This document shows, in pieces, positions 25,101-37,816 of a DNA stretch of 64,000 nucleotides. Within the stretch, counting starts at the first letter, position 1; each line of letters starts with the position of its first letter. The stretch lies in the NCBI RefSeq assembly GCF_009914755.1, contig NC_060932.1. One strand, written 5' to 3'. Position numbers and translations under genes: made by a program. Source of the stretch: the human T2T-CHM13v2.0 reference genome, Homo sapiens. The notes beneath the pieces were generated by a model that saw nothing but the letters and a program-made list of their open reading frames with translations, had not been told where the DNA came from and ran no database searches.

Positions 25101-28100
25101 GCAGGTGGATATTTGGCTAGCTTTGAGGATTTCGTTGGAAACGGTAATGTCTTCAAAGAAAATCTAGACAGAAACATCCTCAGAAACACCTTCGTGATGT
25201 TTGCAATCAATTCACAGAGTTGAACCTTCCGTTTCATAGTGCAGGTTGGAAACACTCATTTTGTAGTATCTGGAAGTGGACATTTGGAGCGCTTTCAGGC
25301 CTATGGTGTAAAAGGAAATATCTTCCCATAAAAGCGACATAGAAGCTATCTCAGGAACTTGTTTATGATGCATCTAATCAACTAACAGTGTTGAACCTTT
25401 GTACTGACAGAGCAGTTTGAAACACTCTTTTTTTGGAATCTGCAAGTGGATATTTGGATCGCTTTGAGGATTTCGTTGGAAACGGGATGCAATATAAAAC
25501 GTACACAGCAGCACACTCAGAAAATACTTTGCCATATTTCCATTCAAGTCACAGAGTGGAACATTCCCATTCATAGAGCAGGTTTGAAACACTCTTTTTG
25601 GAGTATCTGGAAGTGGGCATTTGGAGAGCTTTCTGAACTATGGTGAAAAAGGAAATATCTTCCAATGAAAACAAGACAGAAGCATTCTGAGAAACTTATT
25701 TGTGATGCGTGTCCTCAACTAAAGGACTCGAACCTTTCGTTTCATGCAGTACTTCTGGAACACTCTTTTTGAAGATTCTGCATGCGGATATTTGGTTAGC
25801 TGTGAGGATTTCGTTGGAAACGAGCTTACATATAAAAATTAGACAGCAGCATTCTCAGAAACTTCTTTGTGGTGTCTGCATTCAAGTCACAGAATTGAAC
25901 ATCCCCTCACATAGAGCAGTTGTGCAGCACTCTATTTGTAGTATCTCGAAGTGGACATTTGGAGGGCTTTGTAGCCTATCTGGAAAAAGGAAATATCTTC
26001 CCATGAATGCGAGATAGAAGTAATCTCAGAAACATGTTTATGCTGTATCTACTCAACTAACTGTGCTGAACATTTCTATTGATAGAGCAGTTTTGAGACA
26101 CTCTTCTTTTGGAATCTGCAAGTGGATATTTGGCTAGATTTGAGGATTTCGTTGGAAACGGGATTATATATAAAAAGTAGACAGCAGCATTCTCAGAAAC
26201 TTCTTTGTGATGTTTGCATCCAGCTCTCAGAGTTGAACATTCCGTTTCATAGAGTAGGTTTGAAACCCCCTTTTTATAGTGTCTGGAAGCGGGCATTTGC
26301 AGTGCTTTGAGGCCTAAGCTGAAAAAGGAAATATCTACCTACAGAAACTAGACAGAAGCATTCTGAGAATCACGTTTGTGATGTGGGTACTCAACTAACA
26401 GTGTTGATCCATTCTTTTGATACAGCAGTTTTGAACCACCCTTTTTGTAGAATCTGCAAGTGGATATTTGGATAGCTGTGAGGATTTCGTTGGAAACGGG
26501 AATGTCTTCATAGAAAATTTAGACAGAAGCATTCTCAGAACCTGGATTGTGATGTGTGTTCTCCACTAACAGAGTTGAACCTTTCTTTTGACAGAACTGT
26601 TTTGAAACATTCTTTTTATAGAATCTGGAAGTGGATATTTGGAAAGCTTTGAGGATTTCGTTGGAAACGGGAATATCTTCAAATAAAATCTAGCCAGAAG
26701 CATTCTAAGAAACATCTTAGGGATGTGTACATTCAAGTCACAGAGTTGAACATTCCCCTTTCTCAGAGCAGGTTTGAAACAATCTTCTCGTACTATCTGG
26801 CAGTGGACATTTTGAGCTCCTTGGGGCCTATGCTGAAAAAGGAAATATCTTCCGACAAAAACTAGACAGAAGCATTCGCAGAATCACGTTTGTGATGTGT
26901 TCACTCAATTGTCAGAATTGAACCTTTGTTTGGACAGGGCACTTTTGAGACACTCTTTTCGCAGGATCTGCAGGTGGATATTTGGCTAGCTTTGAGGATT
27001 TCGTTGGAAACGGTAATGTCTTCAAAGAAAATCTAGACAGAAACATCCTCAGAAACACCTTCGTGATGTTTGCAATCAAGTCACAGAGTTGAACCTTCCG
27101 TTTCATAGAGCAGGTTGGAAACACTCATTTTGTAGTATCTGGAAGTGGACATTTGGAGCGCTTTCAGGCCTATGGTGTAAAAGGAAATATCTTCCCATAA
27201 AAGCGACATAGAAGCTATCTCAGGAACTTGTTTATGATGCCTCTAATCAACTAACAGTGTTGAACCTTTGTACTGACAGAGCAGTTTGAAACACTCTTTT
27301 TTTGGAATCTGCAAGTGGATATTTGGATCGCTTTGAGGATTTCGTTGGAAACGGGATGCAATATAAAACGTACACAGCAGCATACCCAGAAAATACTTTG
27401 CCATATTTCCATTCAAGTCACAGAGTGGAACATTCCCATTCATAGAGCAGGTTGGAAACACTCTTTTTGGAGTATCTGGAAGTGGACATTTGGAGCGCTT
27501 TCTGAACTATGGTGAAAAAGGAAATATCTTCCAATGAATACAAGACACAAGCATTCTGAGAAACTTATTTGTGATGCGTGTCCTCAACAAACGGACTCGA
27601 AGCTTTCGTTTCATGCAGTACTTCTGGAACACTCTTTTTGAAGATTCTGCATGCAGATATTTGGTTAGCTTTGAGGATATCGTTGGAAACGGGCTTACAT
27701 ATAAAAATTAGACAGCAGCATTCTCAGAAACTTCTTTGTGGTGTCTGCATTCAAGTCACAGAATTGAACATCCCCTCACATAGAGCAGTTGTGCAGCACT
27801 CTATTTTTAGTATCTCGAAGTGGACATTTGGAGGGCTTTGTAGCCTATCTGGATAAAGGAAATATCTTCCCATGAATGCGAGATGGAAGTAATCTCAGAA
27901 ACATGTTTATGCTGTATCTACTCAACTAACTGTGCTGAACATTTCTATTGATAGAGCAGTTTTGAGACACTCTTCTTTTGGAATCTGCAAGTGGATATTT
28001 GGCTAGATTTGAGGATTTCGTTGGAAACGGGATTATATATAAAAAGTAGACAGCAGCATTCTCAGAAACTTCTTTGTGATGTTTGCATCCAGCTCTCAGA

Positions 28101-31100
28101 GTTGAACATTCCCTTTCATAGAGTAGGTTTGAAACCCCCTTTTTATAGTGTCTGGAAGCGGGCATTTGGAGCGCTTTCAGGTCTGTGCTGAAAAAGGAAA
28201 TATCTACCTACAGAAACTAGACAGAAGCATTCTGAGAATCACGTTTTTGATGTGGGTACTCAACTAACAGTGTTGATCCATTCTATTGATACAGCAGTTT
28301 TGAACCACCCTTTTTGTAGAATCTGCAAGTGGATATTTGGATAGCTGTGAGGATTTCGTTGGAAACGGGAATGTCTTCATAGAAAATTTAGACAGAAGCA
28401 TTCTCAGAACCTGGATTGTGATGTGTGTTCTCCACTAACAGAGTTGAACCTTTCTTTTGACAGAACTGTTTTGAAACATTCTTTTTATAGAATCTGTAAG
28501 TGGATAGTTGGAAAGCTTTGAGGATTTCGTTGGAAACGGGAATATCTTCAAGTAAAATCTAGCCAGAAGCATTCTAAGAAACATCTTAGGGATGTGTACA
28601 TTCAAGTCACAGAGTTGAACATTCCCCTTTCTCAGAGCAGGTTTGAAACAATCTTCTCGTACTATCTGGCAGTGGACATTTTGAGCTCCTTGGGGCCTAT
28701 GCTGAAAAAGGAAATATCTTCCGACAAAAACTAGACAGAAGCATTCACAGAATCACGTTTGTGATGTGTGCACTCAACTGTCAGAATTGAACCTTTGTTT
28801 GGACAGAGCACTTTTGAAACACTCTTTTTGTAGAATCTGCAGGTGGATATTTGGCTAGCTTTGAGGATTTCGTTGGAAACGGTAATGTCTTCAAAGAAAA
28901 TCTAGACAGAAACATCCTCAGAAACACCTTCGTGATGTTTGCAATCAAGTCACAGAGTTGAACCTTCCGTTTCATAGAGCAGGTTGGAAACACTCATTTT
29001 GTAGTGTCTAGAAGTGGACATTTGGAGCGCTTTCAGGCCTATGGTGTAAAAGGAAATATCTTCCCATAAAAGCGACATAGAAGCTATCTCAGGAACTTGT
29101 TTATGATGCCTCTAATCAACTAACAGTGTTGAACCTTTGTACTGACAGAGCAGTTTGAAACACTCTTTTTTTGGAATCTGCAAGTGGATATTTGGATCGC
29201 TTTGAGGATTTCGTTGGAAACGGGATGCAATATAAAACGTACACAGCAGCATACTCAGAAAATACTTTGCCATATTTCCATTAAAGTCACAGAGTGGAAC
29301 ATTCCCATTCATAGAGCAGGTTTGAAACACTCTTTTTGGAGTATCTGGAAGTGGACATTTGGAGTGCTTTCTGAACTATGGTGAAAAGGGAAATATGTTC
29401 CAATGAAAACAAGACAGAAGCATTCTGAGAAACTTATTTGTGATGCGTGTCCTCAACTAACGGACTCGAACCTTTCGTTTCATGCAGTACTTCTGGAACA
29501 CTCTTTTTGAAGATTCTGCATGCGGATATTTGGTTAGCTTTGAGGATTTCGTTGGAAACGGGCTTACATATAAAAATTAGACAGCAGCATTCTCAGAAAC
29601 TTCTTTGTGGTGTCTGCATTCAAGTCACAGAATTGAACATCCCCTCACATAGAGCAGTTGTGAAGCACTCTATTTGTAGTATCTCGAAGTGGACATTTGG
29701 AGGGCTTTGTAGCCTATCTGGAAAAAGGAAATATCTTTCCATGAATGCGAGATAGAAGTAATCTCAGAAACATGTTTATGCTGTATCTACTCAACTAACT
29801 GTGCTGAACATTTCTATTGATAGAGCAGTTTTGAGACACTCTTCTTTTGGAATCTGCAAGTGGATATTTGGCTAGATTTGAGGATTTCGTTGGAAACGGG
29901 ATTATATATCAAAGGTAGACAGCAGCATTCTCAGAAACTTCTTTGTGATGTTTGCATCCAGCTCTCAGAGTTGAACATTCCCTTTCATAGAGTAGGTTTG
30001 AAACCCTCTTTTTATAGTGTCTGGAAGCGGGCATTTGGAGCGCTTTCAGGCCTATGCTGAAAAAGGAAATATCTACCTACAGAAACTAGACAGAAGCATT
30101 CTGAGAATCACGTTTGTGATGTGGGTACTCAACTAACAGTGTTGATCCATTCTTTTGATACAGCAGTTTTGAACCACCCTTTTTGTAGAATCTGCAAGTG
30201 GATATTTGGATAGCTGTGAGGATTTCGTTGGAAACGGGAATGTCTTCATAGAAAATTTAGACAGAAGCATTCTCAGAACCTGGATTGTGATGTGTGTTCT
30301 CCACTAACAGAGTTGAACCTTTCTTTTGACAGAACTGTTTTGAAACATTCTTTTTATAGAATCTGGAAGTGGATATTTGGAAAGCTTTGAGGAATTCGTT
30401 GGAAACGGGAATATCTTCAAATAAAATCTAGCCAGAAGCATTCTAAGAAACATCTTAGGGATGTTTACATTCAAGTCACAGAGTTGAACATTCCCCTTTC
30501 TCAGAGCAGGTTTGAAACAATCTTCTCGTACTATCTGGCAGTGGACATTTTGAGCTCCTTGGGGCCTATGCTGAAAAAGGAAATATCTTCTGACAAAAAC
30601 TAGACAGAAGCATTCGCAGAATCACGTTTGTGATGTGTGCACTCAACTGTCAGAATTGAACCTTTGTTTGGACAGAGCACTTTTGAAACACTCTTTTTGT
30701 AGAATCTGCAGGTGGATATTTGGCTACCTTTGAGGATTTCGTTGGAAACGGTAATGTCTTCAAAGAAAATCTAGACAGAAACATCCTCAGAAACAACTTC
30801 GTGATGTTTGCAATCAAGTCACAGAGTTGAACCTTCCGTTTCATAGAGCAGGTTGGAAACACTCATTTTGTAGTATCTGGAAGTGGACATTTGGAGCGCT
30901 TTCAGGCCTATGGTGTAAAAGGAAATATCTTCCCATAAAAGCGACTTAGAAGCTATCTAAGGAACTTGTTTATGATGCATCTAATCAACTAACAGTGTTG
31001 AACCTTTGTACTGACAGAGCAGTTTGAAACACTCTTTTTTTGGAATCTGCAAGTGGATATTTGGATCGCTTTGAGGATTTCGTTGGAAACGGGATGCAAT

Positions 31101-32281
31101 ATAAAACGTACACAGCAGCATACTCAGAAAATACTTTGCCATATTTCCATTCAAGTCACAGAGTGGAACATTCCCATTCATAGAGCAGGTTTGAAACACT
31201 CTTTTTGGAGTCTCTGGAAGTGGACATTTGGAGCGCTTTCTGAACTATGGTGAAAAAGGAAATATCTTCCAATGAAAACAAGACAGAAGCATTCTGAGAA
31301 ACTTATTTGTGATGCGTGTCCTCAACTAACGGACTCGAAGCTTTCGTTTCATGCAGTACTTCTGGAACACTCTTTTTGAAGATTCTGCATGCGGATATTT
31401 GGTTAGCTTTGAGGATTTCGTTGGAAACGGGCTTACATATAAAAATTAGACAGGAGCATTCTCAGAAACTTCTTTGTGGTGTCTGCATTCAAGTCACAGA
31501 ATTGAACATCCCCTCACATAGAGCAGTTGTACAGCACTCTATTTGTAGTATCTCGAAGTGGACATTTGGAGGGCTTTGTAGCCTATCTGGAAAAAGGAAA
31601 TATCTTCCCATGAATGCGAGATAGAAGTAATCTCAGAAACATGTTTATGCTGTATCTACTCAACTAACTGTGCTGAACATTTCTATTGATAGAGCAGTTT
31701 TGAGACACTCTTCTTTTGGAATCTGCAAGTGGATATTTGGCTAGATTTGAGGATTTCGTTGGAAACGGGATTATATATCAAAGGTAGACAGCAGCATTCT
31801 CAGAAACTTCTTTGTGATGTTTGCATCCAGCTCTCAGAGTTGAACATTCCCTTTCACAGAGTAGGTTTGAAACCCCCTTTTTATAGTGTCTGGAAGCGGG
31901 CATTTGGAACGCTTTCAGGCCTATGCTGAAAAAGGAAATATCTACCTTCAGAAACTAGACAGAAGCGTTCTGAGAATCACGTTTGTGATGTGGGTACTCA
32001 ACTAACAGTGTTGATCCATTCTTTTGATACAGCAGTTTTGAACCACCCTTTTTGTAGAATCTGCAAGCGGATATTTGGATAGCTGTGAGGATTTAGTTGG
32101 AAACGGGAATGTCTTCATAGAAAATTTAGACAGAAGCATTCTCAGAACCTGGATTGTGATGTGTGTTCTCCACTAACAGAGTTGAACCTTTCTTTTGACA
32201 GAACTGTTTTGAAACATTCTTTGTATAGAATCTGGAAGTGGATATTTGGAAAGCTTTGAGGAATTCGTTGGAAACGGGAAT

Positions 32282-32394
32282 GTCTTCATAGAAAATTTAG
32301 ACAGAAGCATTCTCAGAACCTGGATTGTGATGTGTGTATAGAATCTGGAAGTGGATATTTGGAAAGCTTTGAGGATTTCGTTGGAAACGGGAAT
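32282..32394 (+). repeat. Second copy of the 113-bp truncated-monomer insertion (HOR variant 1982 bp)
   Basis: Same junctions as 7539-7651, offset 24743; ORF spacing 30981->32963 = 1982. Confidence 0.93.
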
Positions 32395-34139
32395 ATCTTC
32401 AAATAAAATCTAGCCAGAAGCATTCTAAGAAACATCTTAGGGATGTGTACATTCAAGTCACAGAGTTGAAAATTCCCCTTTCTCAGAGCAGGTTTGAAAC
32501 AATCTTCTCGTACTATCTGGAAGTGGACATTTTGAGCTCCTTGGGGCCTATGCTGAAAAAGGAAATATCTTCCGACAAAAAGTAGACAGAAGCATTCGCA
32601 GAATCACGTTTGTGATGTGTGCACTCAACTGTCAGAATTGAACCTTGGTTTGGACAGAGCACCTATGAAACACTCTTTTTGTAGAATCTGCAGGTGGATA
32701 TTTGGCTAGCTTTGAGGATTTCGTTGGAAACGGTAATGTCTTCAAAGAAAATCAAGACAGAAACATCCTCAGAAACACCTTCGTGATGTTTGCAATCAAG
32801 TCACAGAGTTGAACCTTCCGTTTCATAGAGCAGGTTGGAAACACTCATTTTGTAGTATCTGGAAGTGGACATTTGGAGCGCTTTCAGGCCTATGGTGTAA
32901 AAGGAAATATGTTCCCATAAAAACGACATAGAATCTATATCAGGAACTTGTTTATGATGCATCTAATCAACTAACAGTGTTGAACCTTTGTACTGACAGA
33001 GCAGTTTGAAACACTCTTTTTTTGGAATCTGCAAGTGGATATTTGGATCGCTTTGAGGATTTCGTTGGAAACGGGATGCAATATAAAACGTACACAGCAG
33101 CATACTCAGAAAATACTTTGCCATATTTCCATTCAAGTCACAGAGTGGAACATTCCCATTCATAGAGCAGGTTTGAAACACTCTTTTTGGAGTATCTGGA
33201 AGTGGACATTTGGAGCGCTTTCTGAACTATGGTGAAAAAGGAAATATCTTCCAATGAAAACAAGACAGAAGCATTCTGAGAAACTTATTTGTGATGCATG
33301 TCCTCAACTAACGGACTCGAACCTTTCGTTTCATGCAGTACTTCTGGAACACTCTTTTTGAAGATTCTGCATGCGGATATTTGGATAGCTTTGAGGATTT
33401 CGTTGGAAACGGGCTTACATATAAAAATTAGACAGCAGCATTCTCAGAAACTTCTTTGTGGTGTCTGCATTCAAGTCACAGAATTGAACATCCCCTCACA
33501 TTGGGCATTTGTGCAGCACTCTATTTGTAGTATCTCGATGTGGACATTTGGAGGGCTTTGTAGCCTATCTGGAAAAAGGAAATATCTTCCCATGAATGCG
33601 AGATAGAAGTAATCTCAGAAACATGTTTATGCTGTATCTACTCAACTAACTGTGCTGAACATTTCTATTGATAGAGCAGTTTTGAGACACTCTTCTTTTG
33701 GAATCTGCAAGTGGATATTTGGCTAGATTTGAGGATTTCGTTGGAAACGGGATTATATATCAAAAGTAGACAGCAGCATTCTCAGAAACTTCTTTGTGAT
33801 GTTTGCATCCAGCTCTCAGAGTTGAACATTCCCTTTCATAGAGTAGGTTTGAAACCCCCTTTTTATAGTGTCTGGAAGCGGGCATTTGGAGCGCTCTCAG
33901 GCCTATGCTGAAAAAGGAAATATCTACCTACAGAAACTAGACAGAAGCATTCTGAGAATCACGTTTGTGATGTGGGTACTCAACTAACAGTGTTGATCCA
34001 TTCTTTTGATACAGCAGTTTTGAACCACACTTTTTGTAGAATCTGCAAGTGGATATTTGGATAGCTGTGAGGATTTCGTTGGAAACGGGAATGTCTTCAT
34101 AGAAAATTTAGACAGAAGCATTCTCAGAACCTGGATTGT

Positions 34140-34160
34140 GATGTGTGTATAGAATCTGGA
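34140..34160 (+). repeat. 58-bp deletion junction (34148/34149); HOR variant 1811 bp
   Basis: gatgtgtgt|atagaatc lacks tctccactaa...aaacattcttttt; ORF spacing 32963->34774 = 1811. Confidence 0.93.
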
Positions 34161-37140
34161 AGTGGATATTTGGAAAGTTTTGAGGATTTCGTTGGAAACG
34201 GGAATATCTTCAAATAAAATCTAGCCAGAAGCATTCTAAGAAACATCTTAGGGATGTGTACATTCAAGTCACAGAGTTGAACATTCCCCTTTCTCAGAGC
34301 AGGTTTGAAACAATCTTCTCGTACTATCTGGAAGTGGACATTTTGAGCTCTTTGGGGCCTATGCTGAAAAAGGAAATATCTTCCGACAAAAAGTAGACAG
34401 AAGCATTCGCAGAATCACGTTTGTGATGTGTGCACTCAACTGTCAGAATTGAACCTTTGTTTGGACAGAGCACCTTTGAAACACTCTTTTTGTAGAATCT
34501 GCAGGTGGATATTTGGCTAGCTTTGAGGATTTCGTTGGAAACGGTAATGTCTTCAAAGAAAATCTAGACAGAAACATCCTCAGAAACACCTTCGTGATGT
34601 TTGCAATCAAGTCACAGAGTTGAACCTTCCGTTTCATAGAGCAGGTTGGAAACACTCATTTTGTAGTATCTGGAAGTGGACATTTGGAGCGCTTTCAGGC
34701 CTATGGTGTAAAAGGAAATATGTTCCCATAAAAACGACATAGAAGCTATCTCAGGAACTTGTTTATGATGCATCTAATCAACTAACAGTGTTGAACCTTT
34801 GTACTGACAGAGCAGTTTGAAACACTCTTTTTTTGGAATCTGCAAGTGGATATTTGGATCGCTTTGAGGATTTCGTTGGAAACGGGATGCAATATAAAAC
34901 GTACACAGCAGCATACTCAGAAAATACTTTGCCATATTTCCATTCAAGTCACAGAGTGGAACATTCCCATTCATAGAGCAGGTTTGAAACACTCTTTTTG
35001 GAGTATCTGGAAGTGGACATTTGGAGCGCTTTCTGAACTATGGTGAAAAAGGAAATATCTTCCAATGAAAACAAGACAGAAGCATTCTGAGAAACTTATT
35101 TGTGATGCGTGTCCTCAACTAACGGACTCGAACCTTTCGTTTCATGCAGTACTTCTGGAACACTCTTTTTGAAGATTCTGCATGCGGATATTTGGATAGG
35201 TGTGAGGATTTCGTTGGAAACGGGCTTACATATAAAAATTAGACAGCAGCATTCTCAGAAACTTCTTTGTGGTGTCTGCATTCAAGTCACAGAATTGAAC
35301 ATCCCCTCACATAGAGCAGTTGTGCAGCACTCTATTTGTAGTATCTCGAAGTGGACATTTGGAGGGCTTTGTAGCCTATCTGGAAAAAGGAAATATCTTC
35401 CCATGAATGCGAGATAGAAGTAATCTCAGAAACATGTTTATGCTGTATCTACTCAACTAACTGTGCTGAACATTTCTATTGATAGAGCAGTTTTGAGACA
35501 CTCTTCTTTTGGAATCTGCAAGTGGATATTTGGCTAGATTTGAGGATTTCGTTGGAAACGGGATTATATATCAAACGTAGACAGCAGCATTCTCAGAAAC
35601 TTCTTTGTGATGTTTGCATCCAGCTCTCAGAGTTGAACATTCCCTTTCATAGAGTAGGTTTGAAACCCCCTTTTTATAGTGTCTGGAAGCGGGCATTTGG
35701 AGCGCTTTCAGGCCTATGCTGAAAAAGGAAATATCTACCTACAGAAACTAGACAGAAGCATTCTGAGAATCACGTTTGTGATGTGGGTACTCAACTAACA
35801 GTGTTGATCCATTCTTTTGATACAGCAGTTTTGAACCACCCTTTTTGTAGAATCTGCAAGTGGATATTTGGATAGCTGTGAGGATTTCGTTGGAAACGGG
35901 AATGTCTTCATAGAAAATTTAGACAGAAGCATTCTCAGAACCTGGATTGTGATGTGTGTTCTCCACTAACAGAGTTGAACCTTTCTTTTGACAGAACTGT
36001 TTTGAAACATTCTTTTTAGAGAATCTGGAAGTGGATATTTGGAAAGCTTTGAGGATTTCGTTGGAAACGGGAATATCTTCAAATAAAATCTAGCCAGAAG
36101 CATTCTAAGAAACATCTTAGGGATGTTTACATTCAACTCACAGAGTTGAACATTCCCCTTTCTCAGAGCAGGTTTGAAACAATCTTCTCGTACTATCTGG
36201 CAGTGGACATTTTGAGCTCCTTGGGGCCTATGCTGAAAAAGGAAATATCTTCCGACAAAAACTAGACAGAAGCATTCGCAGAATCATGTTTGTGATGTGT
36301 GCACTCAACTGTCAGAATTGAACCTTTGTTTGGACAGAGCACTTTTGAAAGACTCTTTTTGTAGGATCTGCAGGTGGACATTTGGCTAGCTTTGAGGATT
36401 TCATTGGAAACGGTAAAGTCTTCAAAGAAAATCTAGACAGAAACATCCTCAGAAACACCTTCGTGATGTTTGCAATCAAGTCACAGAGTTGAACCTTCCG
36501 TTTCATAGAGCAGGTTGGAAACACTCATTTTGTAGTATCTGGAAGTGGACATTTGGAGCGCTTTCAGGCCTATGGTGTAAAAGGAAATATCTTCCCATAA
36601 AAGCGACATAGAAGCTATCTCAGGAACTTGTTTATGATGCATGTAATCAACTAACAGTGTTGAACCTTTGTACTGACAGAGCAGTTTGAAACACTCTTTT
36701 TTTGGAATCTGCAAGTGGATATTTGGATCGCTTTGAGGATTTCGTTGGAAACGGGATGCAATATAAAACGTACACAGCAGCATACTCAGAAAATACTTTG
36801 CCATATTTCCATTCAAGTCACAGAGTGGAACATTCCCATTCATAGAGCAGGTTTGAAACACTCTTTTTGGAGTCTCTGGAAGTGGACATTTGGAGCGCTT
36901 ACTGAACTATGGTGAAAAAGGAAATATCTTCCAATGAAAACAAGACAGAAGCATTCTGAGAAAATTATTTGTGATGCGTGTCCTCAACTAACGGACTCAA
37001 ACCTTTCGTTTCATGCAGTACTTCTGGAACACTCTTTTTGAAGATTCTGCATGCGGATATTTGGTTAGCTTTGAGGATTTCGTTGGAAACGGGCTTACAT
37101 ATAAAAATTAGACAGCAGCATTCTCAGAAACTACTTTGTG

Positions 37141-37816
37141 GTGTCTGCTTTCAAGTCAGAGAATTGAACATCCCCTCACACAGAGCAGTTGTGCAGCACT
37201 CTATTTGTAGTATCTCGAAGTGGACATTTGGAGGGCTTTGTTTTCTATCTGGAAAAAGGAAATATCTTCCCATGAATGCGACATAGAAGTAATCTCAGAA
37301 ACATGTTTATGCTGTATCTACTCAACTAAGTGTGCTGAACATTTCTATTGATAGAGCAGTTTTGAGACACTCTTCATTTGGAATCTGCAAGTGGATATTT
37401 GGATAGATTTGAGGATTTCTTTGGAAACGGGATTATACATAAAAAGTAGACAGCAGCATTCTCAGAAACTTCTTTGTGGTGTCTGCATTCAAGTCACAGA
37501 ATTGAACATCCCCTCACATAGAGCAGTTGTGCAGCACTCTATTTGTAGTATCTCGATGTGGACATTTGGAGGGCTTTGTAGCCTATCTGGAAAAAGGAAA
37601 TATCTTCCCATGAATGCGAGATAGAAGTAATCTCAGAAACATGTTTATGCTGTATCTACTCAACTAACTGTGCTGAAGATTTCTATTGATAGAGCAGTTT
37701 TGAGACACTCTTCTTTTGGAATCTGCAAGTGGATATTTGGATAGATTTGAGGATTTCGTTGGAAACGGGATTATATATGAAAAGTAGACAGCAGCATTCT
37801 CAGAAACTTCTTTGTG
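37141..37816 (+). repeat. Second copy of the 13-mer variant (338-bp dimer duplication)
   Basis: Same junction and private SNPs as 12455-13130, offset 24686; ORF spacing 36978->39184 = 2206. Confidence 0.93.
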
